From positions 960,001 through 1,024,000 of the forward strand of contig CBDCDZ010000004.1 in the NCBI GenBank assembly GCA_965215565.1: DNA of 64,000 nucleotides, given 5' to 3'. A model generated the notes under the pieces. That model made no database searches. It was not told the origin of the DNA and was given only the letters and a program-made list of their open reading frames with translations. A program made the position numbers and the translations under genes. Every line of letters begins with the position of its first letter. Position 1 is the stretch's first letter. Source of the stretch: Trueperaceae bacterium (GTDB lineage: Bacteria > Deinococcota > Deinococci > Deinococcales > Trueperaceae). This document shows, one piece after another, positions 47,579-57,006 of the stretch.

Positions 47579-49189
47579 TCAATGTACATCGCCATTACAA
47601 AGCCGTTCAATGTATCTCGTTATCAAAGCAGCTCTGTTTCTCAAAAAACTCTCATAATTTGCATTTTCGTAATTGAATTCACCTGGTGAAGGCATAAGAT
47701 TGGAACTCAGAACTACTGCTGAAGATTCTGCATGGTTTTGGATACACTCAGGTAGGTATTCATGAGGATCGCGGTCGCTAATAGCGTTATTCTCTGAAGC
47801 CGTAAGCATACAGATGTTCATAATGGAGTTATGCTCTTGAACTGCATCTACTCTTTTCAGATAACCACGAGGATATATGTGATGAAACTGCTTACGATTG
47901 TAACTCGATAATGCTTCTGTAGTGTCAATGAGTGCTCCGTTCGTTAAGTTGCGAGGCTTTTGAATCGCCAAAGCAAGAATAAATGCTCGAGCCCGCGAGT
48001 TGTTTATGCGAAATAGCGTGTTTGTCAACTGTGACTCTGTCGGGGTTGAGCCAATGTCGTTCACATCGCCGGTTTCCTCAATAACAAACTGATTGATAAA
48101 TTCTAAGTCTTTCGAGATGAAATTTTCACCGCCAACACGGTAACGCTCGCTAAAAGATGCTCGCCAAAACCACTGGCGCACACGAACAATCTTCTCTTTC
48201 GTAAGATTTTTTGTATTTGCGAATATATAGCATAGAACAATTACCAAAGCTTCGTAAGGGAGGAATTCCCAGCTATAAATCTTGAATTCCGTAGTTAATA
48301 GATCAATAGCTTTAAGTAAGGCATCACTCGTTCTTTGAACGAGGTCATCCATTTCTTCTACGCGCAAGTCACGAAGCGCAAGAACTTGATCCTTCTTAGT
48401 ACCGCCAAATTGAACAGCAGCAAGACATTTAAGAATGGTATTAGGCTCGACATCTCCAAAACCTTTTGGTTCTAACTTTGTTGCTATTTTGCTAGTTTCT
48501 TCATTCAAATCGAAATTTCGAGACCAAGTGGCAGCCACCATGAGGTCGTACATCGAGAGTTTTGTTCCGGAGCTATTGATACGTTCAAAAATTGGACAGA
48601 CTTCTTCTAAGGATAGGTCTTTAAGAGTAACAACGGGTATTTTGTAGTTCGTAAAAGCGCTAATTAAAGTGTCTAGGCTTGCCTGGTATTCTTCGTGCTT
48701 TGGAAAACTCTGCAAGCTCGTACGAAAGTTAAGCATCTTCGTGGTTTCGTAAAGCCATCGCAAAGGAAATAATATAGGATTGTGTTGTAGAGGTGCAGGA
48801 ACAAATTGACGACTATCTAAATCGTATGCCACTGCAAATCCTTCTTCGGAATCGGGTGCACCTAAGCATGAATATATTACAGTTATTCGCTGTTGACCAT
48901 CGAGCACGTAGTCTGTTGGGGTTAAGTCATCCGTTTCAGGAAGTTTGAAGTTGCCAATATTTCGTTCGGTAGCAAGCTTGGTTGGTGTGCGCCACAAAAG
49001 CAAACTTCCGATCGGATAATTGTTAGCGATGCTATCAATAAGCTCAATTGCTTGTTGCTCTTTCCATACAAATTTCCGTTGAAATTGCGGGATTTTCACC
49101 TCTCCCTTTTTAATATCGTCAGTGAGATTCTTGATGTATGTAGTATCCGTGTCAAGCCGGCTCAAGATGTTGGGGCTCATTGTATTCAT
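47579..49189 (-). CDS. DUF262 plus HNH-like protein (GmrSD-type restriction candidate)
   Basis: PQFQRKFVW, DGQQR, FERINSSG; HHIYP...NI..L..SEN; markedly AT-rich. Confidence 0.85.
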   Translation of the reverse strand: MNTMSPNILSRLDTDTTYIKNLTDDIKKGEVKIPQFQRKFVWKEQQAIELIDSIANNYPIGSLLLWRTPTKLATERNIGNFKLPETDDLTPTDYVLDGQQRITVIYSCLGAPDSEEGFAVAYDLDSRQFVPAPLQHNPILFPLRWLYETTKMLNFRTSLQSFPKHEEYQASLDTLISAFTNYKIPVVTLKDLSLEEVCPIFERINSSGTKLSMYDLMVAATWSRNFDLNEETSKIATKLEPKGFGDVEPNTILKCLAAVQFGGTKKDQVLALRDLRVEEMDDLVQRTSDALLKAIDLLTTEFKIYSWEFLPYEALVIVLCYIFANTKNLTKEKIVRVRQWFWRASFSERYRVGGENFISKDLEFINQFVIEETGDVNDIGSTPTESQLTNTLFRINNSRARAFILALAIQKPRNLTNGALIDTTEALSSYNRKQFHHIYPRGYLKRVDAVQEHNSIMNICMLTASENNAISDRDPHEYLPECIQNHAESSAVVLSSNLMPSPGEFNYENANYESFLRNRAALITRYIERLCNGDVH

Positions 49190-49251
49190 CCGAAAATTCT
49201 ATAACGAAATCTCGTTCGTAAGGAAATAGTATAGTAATATCTCCCGACACT

Positions 49252-50553
49252 TCACACTTCTACTTCCGACAACTCCACAAACGACTCCCGCCCCGCCTCC
49301 ACCATCCGCACAATATCCTCTTCCGTATGCGCGTAGGAGAGAAACGCCGCCTCGTAGTTGCTGGCGGGCCAGTAGATACCCCTCGAGAGCAACCCATGAA
49401 ACCAGCGTTTGAAGAGGTCGGTATCCGTCGTGCTGGCGCTCTCAAAGTCCGTGACCTTTTGGTCGGTAAAGAAAACCGTAATCATCGAGCCGATGCGGTT
49501 GATAGTTGTCGTGAGTCCTGCCTCGCTCGCACCTTCTCGAAGACCATCCTCTAGCTGAGCGGTCCGCGCCTCCAACACGTCATAAAGATCGGGCGTCTCG
49601 TTCATCGCTTCAAAGGTGGCGATACCCGCCGCCATCGCTAGAGGATTTCCCGAGAGCGTCCCTGCCTGGTAGACCTTGCCGAGCGGCGAGACGTTGTCCA
49701 TCACGGAGGCTTTGCCGCCATATGCGCCTACAGGCAAGCCGCCGCCGATAATCTTGCCCCAACAGATGAGGTCGGCGTCGATACCCAAGCGTTCGGTTGC
49801 GCCGCCGGGTGCTAAGCGGAAGCCGGTCATCACCTCATCCACGATGAGGAGTGCGCCGTATTCGTGCGTGAGGTCGCGCAAGCCTTGTAAAAACTCTTGG
49901 GTCGGAATCACGACGCCCATGTTGCCGACGACGGGCTCTAAGATGACCGCCGCAATCTCCTCCGGCTTCGCCTCGAACAGTTCGCGCACTGAGTCCAAGT
50001 TGTTGTACTGCGCGACGAGCGTGGTCTTGGCGGTGTCTGCCGGGACGCCTGCCGAGGAGGGCACGCCCGTCGTCATCGCACCGGAGCCTGCCGCAACCAA
50101 GAGCGCGTCGGCGTGACCGTGATAGTTGCCCGCGAACTTCACGATGTAGTCGCGCCCTGTCGCGCCTCTCGCCACTCTGAGGGCGCTCATTGTCGCTTCG
50201 GTTCCTGAATTCACAAAGCGGATGCGCTCGCACGTTTTGTAGCGGTCTAAAACCAACTCGGCGAGTTTGATTTCGCGCTCAGTCGGTGCGCCGAAGCTCA
50301 AGCCGTCCACAGACGCTTGCTGGATGGCGTCCAACACTCTCGGGTGCGCGTGACCTAAAATCATCGGTCCCCACGAGCCGATAGCGTCGATGTATTCGTT
50401 GCCGTCGGCGTCATAAAGGCGCGTGCCTTTAGCCGATTTGATAAAGCGCGGCGTACCGCCCACCGAGCCAAAGGCGCGAACGGGCGAGTTGACGCCGCCA
50501 GGGATGAGCAGAGAGGCGCGTTCGAAGAGCGTTTGTGAGGTAGAGGTGTTCAT
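49252..50553 (-). CDS. hemL: Glutamate-1-semialdehyde 2,1-aminomutase
   Basis: IPGGVNSPVRAF, NSGTEATM, DEVMTGFR, GKIIGGGLP. Confidence 0.96.
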   Translation of the reverse strand: MNTSTSQTLFERASLLIPGGVNSPVRAFGSVGGTPRFIKSAKGTRLYDADGNEYIDAIGSWGPMILGHAHPRVLDAIQQASVDGLSFGAPTEREIKLAELVLDRYKTCERIRFVNSGTEATMSALRVARGATGRDYIVKFAGNYHGHADALLVAAGSGAMTTGVPSSAGVPADTAKTTLVAQYNNLDSVRELFEAKPEEIAAVILEPVVGNMGVVIPTQEFLQGLRDLTHEYGALLIVDEVMTGFRLAPGGATERLGIDADLICWGKIIGGGLPVGAYGGKASVMDNVSPLGKVYQAGTLSGNPLAMAAGIATFEAMNETPDLYDVLEARTAQLEDGLREGASEAGLTTTINRIGSMITVFFTDQKVTDFESASTTDTDLFKRWFHGLLSRGIYWPASNYEAAFLSYAHTEEDIVRMVEAGRESFVELSEVEV

Positions 50554-50833
50554 GCCCTCATGGTGGCACGGAAGAGATTGGGGTACAAGAATGTGGCTTA
50601 CGAGGTAGGGAGCAGGTCAGTATCTCAGCCTGATTCGTTCCGCCTGCGCGGAAACTGCGTAAGTCTGAAAACTTCGTCTCCGCCCTTCGGCCGAAGCCTA
50701 CGGAAACAGGAACCTCTTCTTTCTCAGCGCCAAACAAGCGTTCTTAGGATTCGGGGGACAACTCCACAGCCAACCCAACCTCTTGTTGCGAGTGGTGATG
50801 TCCCTGTAGCGCAGACTCGGTAGACTGGAGGCA

Positions 50834-52075
50834 ATGTCAGAGATCACGCGCCGTAAAACCGTCACGACGTGGGTGGGAGGCGTGCCTGTCGGCTCGGCGC
50901 ACCCCATCGTCGTCCAATCCATGACCAACACCGACACCGCCGATGCGGAGGCTACCGCGCAGCAGGTCGCGCAACTTCACCGCGCAGGCTCCGAAATCGT
51001 GCGCATCACGGTAAACAACAAAGAGGCGGCGAAAGCCGTGCCGGAGATTCAGGAGCGGCTGGCGGACGCTGGGCTCGAGGTCCCTCTCGTTGGCGACTTC
51101 CACTACAACGGGCACATCTTATTAAAAGAGTTTCCGCAAGCGGCGCACATTTTGGCGAAGTACCGCATCAATCCCGGCAACGTCGGCGCGGGGCGCAACT
51201 TCGACAAGAACTTCCTCACGATGATCGACGTGGCTAAAGAATTCGACAAGCCCGTACGCATCGGTGTGAATTGGGGCTCGCTGGACCAGCAGCTCCTCAC
51301 CAAGCTGATGGACGAAAACGCCGCCTTGACGCAGCCCAAAGAGGCGCGGGACGTGATGATCGAGGCAATGCTCCAATCTGCACTCCTTTCAGCGGAGATG
51401 GCGGAGGAGCACGGGCTGGGTCACGACAAGATCATCATCAGCGCGAAGGTCTCGAACGCGAGGGACTTGTGGGAGGTCTACCGCTTGCTCGCTAAGCGTT
51501 GCGACTATCCCTTGCACCTCGGGCTGACCGAAGCGGGCATGGGCGTCAAGGGCGCGGTCTCGAGCACCGCAGGTTTGGCACCTCTTTTAGCCGAAGGCAT
51601 CGGCGACACGATTCGCGTCTCGCTCACGCCTGACCCCGGCGCACCTCGCGAGAAAGAGGTCGAAATCGCCCAAGAGATTCTGCAAGCTTTAGACCTGCGC
51701 TCCTTTGCGCCAACTGTGACCGCGTGTCCTGGCTGCGGACGCACCACCAGTACGCTCTTTCAGGAGATGGCGCGGGATATTCAGGCGTACCTCAAGATGC
51801 AGATGCCCGCCTGGAAAGAGCGCTACCCCGGCGTCGAAACGCTCAAGGTGGCGGTGATGGGCTGCGTCGTGAACGGTCCCGGCGAGTCCAAGCACGCCGA
51901 CATCGGTATCTCGCTGCCCGGTACGGGCGAAGACCCCAAAGCGCCCGTCTACCGCGACGGGAAGTTCGTCAAGACGTTGCAGGGTCCGGGGATTGTCGAG
52001 GACTTTAACGAGATGCTAGATGAGTACGTGGCGTCGCGGTACGGGGCAGCGCGGGGGGAGCAGGTGGCATCTTAG
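50834..52075 (+). CDS. ispG: 4-hydroxy-3-methylbut-2-en-1-yl diphosphate synthase
   Basis: [38 protein letters not shown]. Confidence 0.96.
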   Translation: MSEITRRKTVTTWVGGVPVGSAHPIVVQSMTNTDTADAEATAQQVAQLHRAGSEIVRITVNNKEAAKAVPEIQERLADAGLEVPLVGDFHYNGHILLKEFPQAAHILAKYRINPGNVGAGRNFDKNFLTMIDVAKEFDKPVRIGVNWGSLDQQLLTKLMDENAALTQPKEARDVMIEAMLQSALLSAEMAEEHGLGHDKIIISAKVSNARDLWEVYRLLAKRCDYPLHLGLTEAGMGVKGAVSSTAGLAPLLAEGIGDTIRVSLTPDPGAPREKEVEIAQEILQALDLRSFAPTVTACPGCGRTTSTLFQEMARDIQAYLKMQMPAWKERYPGVETLKVAVMGCVVNGPGESKHADIGISLPGTGEDPKAPVYRDGKFVKTLQGPGIVEDFNEMLDEYVASRYGAARGEQVAS

Positions 52076-52106
52076 GGGTTGTGTTTTGTCTGCTGGGTTG
52101 GAAGGG

Positions 52107-52220
52107 GCAGGTATTATCTATAGAATGTGCGCGCTAAAGTAATGCGTTCTCGAGCGAGAGCATTTGTGACCAGATAAGGTTCCACTAGCCTAGCGGCTGA
52201 GACCTGCTAGTGATACCTAC
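52107..52220. repeat. Degenerate TAGCA-family fragment
   Basis: GCAGGTATTATCT...ATGTGCGCGCTAAA...ACCAGAT...ACCTGCTA. Confidence 0.5.
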
Positions 52221-52443
52221 CTTCTGATTGTAGGATGCGGCAACGTCGTCTTCTCCAAACCTTCATAGCATTAGTGAAGAATTTACTTTATGACTACCAG
52301 ACCCTATTTCAGTGACGCTCGCGCAATTTTAGCGCTGAGGGTGCGCTTTCTCAACATGGACGTCGAAGCTGGACTCGCTGAGATACATTTGAGACACGTT
52401 GTAGTCAGATGATTCCTGCCTGTCCCTGTCCCCCGGAGGTGAC

Positions 52444-53313
52444 ATGACCTTAGAGCAAGCTGTCGAGCACTGCACCGAACTGACAAAAGTACATTCGAGT
52501 ACTTTTTATATGGGCTCGAGGCTCTTTCCAAACGCTCAGCGCCGCGCCGTGAGCGTGATTTACGCCGTGTGTCGCAGTGGGGACGACGCTGTAGACGAAG
52601 CTGCAACAACCGAAGCGGGGCGGGAGCGCTTAGAACGCTGGTGGGAACACGTGTCGCGGGCGTATGCGGGGACCCCTCGAGGTGACGAACCCTTGGAAAT
52701 CGGGCTCGCGTGGGTGCTGGAAAACCACGACGTGCCCAAGAGCGCCTTTGATGAGCTTTATCTGGGGCTGAGGTCCGACCTAGGGCACAACCCTTGCTAT
52801 GAAACGATGGACGAGTTGATGCTCTACTGCCGCCGCGTGGCGGGCGTGGTTGGGCTGCTCATCGCGCCGATTCCGGGCTACCGAGGCGGCGACGAGACGC
52901 TAAAGTGCGCTGTCGCGCTCGGTCAAGCGATGCAACTCACGAACATCTTGCGCGACGTAGGCGAAGACTTAGCGATGGAGCGCTGCTACATTCCGAACGA
53001 ACTGCTTAATAAATACAACGTCGCTTTAGGAGATCTCCGCGACGGTGAGGTGAGTGAGGGCTACGTGGCACTTTTAGAGGAACTCTTCGACTTAACGCAC
53101 ACGCTCTACCGCCAAGGTTGGCAAGGGATTCCTAAACTCAAGGGGTTCTCGGCGACGGCGGTGGGCGTAGCCGCTCTAAACTACGAAGGCATCTTGCGCA
53201 AAGTCAAACAGAACCACTACGACAACCTGACACGGCGGGCATACCTCAAGCCGGTGGAGCGGATTGTGCTGATACCGAGAGCGGTGGCGGGGGTGTATGG
53301 GGGTTTTCTGTAA
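52444..53313 (+). CDS. crtB: Phytoene synthase
   Basis: HSSTFY, DDAVD, YCRRVAGVVG, QLTNILRDVGED. Confidence 0.9.
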   Translation: MTLEQAVEHCTELTKVHSSTFYMGSRLFPNAQRRAVSVIYAVCRSGDDAVDEAATTEAGRERLERWWEHVSRAYAGTPRGDEPLEIGLAWVLENHDVPKSAFDELYLGLRSDLGHNPCYETMDELMLYCRRVAGVVGLLIAPIPGYRGGDETLKCAVALGQAMQLTNILRDVGEDLAMERCYIPNELLNKYNVALGDLRDGEVSEGYVALLEELFDLTHTLYRQGWQGIPKLKGFSATAVGVAALNYEGILRKVKQNHYDNLTRRAYLKPVERIVLIPRAVAGVYGGFL

Positions 53314-53322
53314 AAAAGCGAT

Positions 53323-53571
53323 CTATTTTGGATGAGAGATGATGTCGAGAATAATGACTACATCATCCTCAATGAGGAAGTAGAAGCGGTAGTTTCGGTC
53401 TATGCGCCCCTGCCACACGTCCTTGCCACGCTGGGGAAACTTCTACGCGTTGAGTGAGGGGTGACGTAAATCCTCGAGCAAAAACCTTAACTGTTTATCC
53501 ACCTGTTTTTGAAGATGTGAATCCAAACCTTTGTAGTTCTTGAACGCTCGTCTGGTAAAGTCAAGCCTCAT
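53323..53571 (-). pseudogene. RelE/ParE-like toxin with an in-frame TAG at codon 43
   Basis: MRLDFTRRAFKNYKGL...LRHPSLNA*KFPQRGKDVWQGRIDRNYRFYF...HPK; stop at 53443-53445. Confidence 0.8.
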
Positions 53572-53616
53572 AATAGGGCAATTCTTACGCTTCCTCGACT
53601 AAGATAACGATTACAG

Positions 53617-53871
53617 TTAGGAAGTTTTCAGATGTTCCTTAAAGGCTTCTACGCTGTCAAAAGGTCCAACTGTCTCGCCCGCTTCAACCTCGTCTAATGC
53701 TTCGTCTAATGCAGCAATGCTCTCACGATCTAAAACAATTTTGGGTGTGAAGATGAGTTTGCCATCTTGCACCTCAATCTCGAGCATATCTCCTTCCTCT
53801 AGCTCGAGAGCGTTTCTGATTCCGGTTGGGATAGTAACCTGATACTTACCCTTAATACGTACGAGCGCCAT
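53617..53871 (-). CDS. AbrB/MazE-family antitoxin
   Basis: KYQVTIP..IR..LELEEGD motif; GGAGG RBS and TATAAT upstream. Confidence 0.85.
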   Translation of the reverse strand: MALVRIKGKYQVTIPTGIRNALELEEGDMLEIEVQDGKLIFTPKIVLDRESIAALDEALDEVEAGETVGPFDSVEAFKEHLKTS

Positions 53872-53929
53872 ACAAACCTCCGACTTTCCAACATTATACT
53901 TGAGGTTCGAACGCATTAGCTCGTCTGAT

Positions 53930-55165
53930 TTACCGCCGTTTGAAGCGGGCGATGTAAAACCCGTCCAACCCATCAAGCGGCAAGATATAAGACCCCTCTG
54001 AAGTATTTTCAGACGGCAAGTCGAACAGAAAAGACTCGGCGCTAAAGCCGGGGTGATTCGCCAAAAACCACTCGGTCATCCCCTGCCCTTCAGCGTGGGT
54101 GAGCGCGCACACCGCGTAGACGAGGATGCCGCCGGGCGCGGTAAGTTGAGCCGCCGTGTCCAGCAAGTTGCGTTGCAGCGCGGTGAGGTCTTTCACGCTC
54201 TCGGGAGTAACCTTCGTGCGGAGTTCGGGGTTACCGCGCAATGTACCCGTCCCGGTGCAAGGTGCGTCGAGCAGGACTTTCTGCGCAGGTGGAACGTCGG
54301 GGACGGTTCTCAGGTCATGCTCCAACCCCTCCCCCACTAACCCAAGCCGCGCAAAGTTCTTCTCTGCTCTTTCGAGCTTGTCCGCATGAAGCTCAATACT
54401 CAAGGGACACGCCCCCGCCGCCGCGAGCTGCGCCGCTTTGATTCCATTGCCGCTAGCGAGGTCCAAGACGCGCTCGCCGCGCTCCGCTTCTAAGAGGCGC
54501 ACGGGCAGCGTCGAAGCGGGATTTTGCGGCTGCACCCAACCGCGCTTGTAGGCGCTGAGTTCAGCGAGGGGTCTACTTGGGCGCACCGCCAGCGTACCGT
54601 CCACTTGACCGAGGGTGACTTCGCAACCCTCTTCGATAAGCGAATGCGTCGCTTGAGGATGATACGAGGTGAGCCAGAGGGGTTCGGGCGTGAGCATCCC
54701 CTGCGCCACCGCTTCCGCCCGCTGTGCGCCGAAGAGGTCTTCCCACTGCGCAAAGAGCCAGTCGGGGACGCCGTAGCGGGTAGCGAGAGGTAGCTCGAGC
54801 GGTTCAACCTTGCGCAGCACGGCGTTGACCAAACCGGAGAGCTTTTTGGAGCGTTTCTTGACGACCTCCACCCACTCGTTCACAGCGGCGCGGCGCGGCG
54901 TCTCTCTGTAGAGAATTTCGTACGCACCCAACCTCAAAGCGTCGCGCACCTCTAAAGGGAGTTTGTCGGGGCGCTCAAGATAGGGCGCGAGACACGCATC
55001 TAAAGCAAGCTCATACCGCAAGGTTCCGTAAACCAAGCTCGTCACGAAGCCTCTGTCTTGGGCGCTGAGCGAAGAGGTCTCTAAGGCTACATTTAAGGTA
55101 GGCGCAGAGAAAGCGCCGCGGTGGACGCGGCGCAGGGTCTCTAAAGCTGTCTGTCTAGCGGTGAT
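53930..55165 (-). CDS. rsmB: RsmB/Sun-family RNA m5C methyltransferase with NusB-like N-terminus; probable ATC start
   Basis: LVYGTLR, LVNAVLR, LLDAPCTGTG; frame open upstream to ATC-TARQTALETL. Confidence 0.8.
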   Translation of the reverse strand: MTARQTALETLRRVHRGAFSAPTLNVALETSSLSAQDRGFVTSLVYGTLRYELALDACLAPYLERPDKLPLEVRDALRLGAYEILYRETPRRAAVNEWVEVVKKRSKKLSGLVNAVLRKVEPLELPLATRYGVPDWLFAQWEDLFGAQRAEAVAQGMLTPEPLWLTSYHPQATHSLIEEGCEVTLGQVDGTLAVRPSRPLAELSAYKRGWVQPQNPASTLPVRLLEAERGERVLDLASGNGIKAAQLAAAGACPLSIELHADKLERAEKNFARLGLVGEGLEHDLRTVPDVPPAQKVLLDAPCTGTGTLRGNPELRTKVTPESVKDLTALQRNLLDTAAQLTAPGGILVYAVCALTHAEGQGMTEWFLANHPGFSAESFLFDLPSENTSEGSYILPLDGLDGFYIARFKRR

Positions 55166-55168
55166 AAC

Positions 55169-55825
55169 TTACCGGCGGCTCGCCAGGATGAAGTAGACGA
55201 GGTAAGCGATGGAGGTCGCGGCAGCAGCGACGTAGGTCATCGCGGCAGCGGTGAGCACGCTTCTCGCACCGCCTTGGTCGCGCGGAGTCACAATACCAAG
55301 CTCTTTAACTTGCACCAGAGCGCGTCTACTAGCGTCAAATTCAACAGGTAGGGTAACGAGGTGAAAGAGCACAGCGGCGCTAAAGAGGATGATACCAATC
55401 TGCAAGAGCCCACTAGCGCCAAGAATAAGCCCGAACATCGCGGCGTAAATGCCGAACTGCGAGCCGATATTTGCTGCGGGCGCGAGCGCCGAACGCCATA
55501 CGAGCGGCGAATACGACTTAGCGTGTTGAATCGCGTGACCGACCTCATGGGCTGCTACAGCCATACCTGCAACACTAGGGCGGTTGTAATTATCTTCTGA
55601 AAGGCGCACGACGCGCTTTGTGGGGTCATAGTGGTCACTTAGCTGCCCTGGCACTGACTCGACCTTGACGTTGTCAATGCCGTTCGCGCGCAAAATAGCT
55701 CTGGCGACCTCAGCCCCGGTTAGTCCGGAAGCATTTTGCACTTTGGACCACTTACCGTAGGTCATGCGCAGCCAACCACTGATAGCCAGTGACACGACAA
55801 AACCAACAATACCAATTAAAAGCAT
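55169..55825 (-). CDS. Neutral zinc metallopeptidase (YugP-like)
   Basis: DHYDP, AAHEVGHAIQ, TLPVEFDASRRA, AAAMTYVA. Confidence 0.92.
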   Translation of the reverse strand: MLLIGIVGFVVSLAISGWLRMTYGKWSKVQNASGLTGAEVARAILRANGIDNVKVESVPGQLSDHYDPTKRVVRLSEDNYNRPSVAGMAVAAHEVGHAIQHAKSYSPLVWRSALAPAANIGSQFGIYAAMFGLILGASGLLQIGIILFSAAVLFHLVTLPVEFDASRRALVQVKELGIVTPRDQGGARSVLTAAAMTYVAAAATSIAYLVYFILASRR

Positions 55826-56138
55826 ATTCCCTCCTGAGGATGTCTCTACCTAATGCTTATGATATAGGAGAGGAGCGCAGCAAGGTGTCCACTGCGCGTA
55901 TTTGAGTTAAGTATACTCAGATTTTCTTAAATCAGCGTGAGGGGCGCGACATCGTTAGAGCGACGGCGCAAGTTCTGGGGCGGCTAAAATCGCATCCTAT
56001 AGACGCTATCTACTAACGTATGCGCTCACAAGCGCTTTCTTTGTAGGACGGTGTTCGTGAGCAGAAGAGGCTCCGCTAGCCGACCCGCCAGGCTTCGCCT
56101 GAGAACGACCGAGACCCGCTGCAAACTCGAGGATGACC

Positions 56139-56414
56139 TTAATCATCCTCGAGTTGTTCGCTGCGCACCGTGAAACGCACGGCAGTGCGCTCCTCATTTT
56201 GCAGCTCGAGCTTGACGAACGAGGGCTGCGTGAAGAGGTCGAGTCCGTCGGGCTCGATGTAGCTTCTCGCGATAGCGATCGCCTTGACCGCCTGATTCAC
56301 AGCTTGCGGGCCGATCGCTTGCACCTCCACCTCCTGTTCGCTCCTTAAAAGTGCAGCGATGGCACCTGCGACAGAGTTGGGACGGGAGCTTCCCGAGACA
56401 CGTAGAGTTTCGAT
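56139..56414 (-). CDS. spoVS: Stage V sporulation protein S family; ATC start
   Basis: ETLRVSGSSRPNSVAGAIA...QAIGPQAVNQAVKAIAIAR; AAGGAGG 7 nt before ATC. Confidence 0.9.
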   Translation of the reverse strand: METLRVSGSSRPNSVAGAIAALLRSEQEVEVQAIGPQAVNQAVKAIAIARSYIEPDGLDLFTQPSFVKLELQNEERTAVRFTVRSEQLEDD

Positions 56415-56705
56415 AGCGGAACCTCCTTAAACCGAGCAAACGGTCCTTACGCCAAGATACCCAGGGGGACAACTGGGAAGAATTAGAGGAAGCAAGAGTT
56501 GACGAAATGTAACACCCGCCCCTTCTAACGTCACTTGTAACACAAAAATGAACCGCAAGGCGGAATGTGGTAGCGCACTGCTACTCACACTGCCACCTAT
56601 GCGCGCGTGACTCAATCCTATCTGGATATATTTGGCAGACTGGAAAACTCTATTCATGGTTCAAAGTGTAGCTTCAACGTGCGGCTTTTCGCATCACGAC
56701 GCTGC

Positions 56706-56734
56706 TTGACAGCCTCCTTCCCCCTTTGTATACT
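56706..56734 (+). promoter_or_regulatory. Sigma-A promoter of the ilv-leu operon
   Basis: TTGACA-17 bp-TATACT. Confidence 0.85.
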
Positions 56735-56742
56735 CCGTTCAG

Positions 56743-56850
56743 ATGTTCCATGTCCACTTCACATTTGCGTCTCCTACGAAATTAGCTGCACGGTCATTCG
56801 TTACCGCTACGAAGGGCGTTCTAATTCTAGGAAGTTGGGGCGTCGTTTAG
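56743..56850 (+). CDS. Putative ilv leader peptide MFHVHFTFASPTKLAARSFVTATKGVLILGSWGVV
   Basis: Begins at or near the predicted TSS; V-L-I-L and V-V codons overlap the antiterminator arm. Confidence 0.7.
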   Translation: MFHVHFTFASPTKLAARSFVTATKGVLILGSWGVV

Positions 56851-56868
56851 CGTTTTTTAGACCGACGT

Positions 56869-56905
56869 TGCCCCGCCGAAATCCCTTCGGCGGGGCATTT
56901 TTATT
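56869..56905 (+). terminator. Attenuator terminator
   Basis: TGCCCCGCCGAA / TTCGGCGGGGCA then TTTTTATT. Confidence 0.88.
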
Positions 56906-57006
56906 GGGCGTACCCGCGTCAGTTTAGGCGTAAGTTGATTTAGGCGTATCGGTTAGACTGAGTTTAAGACAGGGGCTCAACGCTCGCGAGCCTACAAGGA
57001 GGAAAG

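Noticed and set aside
50560..50830. ncRNA or ORF between hemL and ispG
   Set aside because: Only weak hairpins and repeat-like fragments; no supportable call
53443..53445. Pyrrolysine or programmed readthrough of the toxin TAG
   Set aside because: No pyl machinery in view and TAG is an ordinary stop in other genes here
53872..53976. N-terminal extension of the AbrB antitoxin in the ORF track
   Set aside because: Overlaps the rsmB 3' end; TATAAT and GGAGG point to ATG 53871
56139..56414. Sporulation capacity implied by spoVS
   Set aside because: SpoVS homologs occur in non-sporulating Deinococcota
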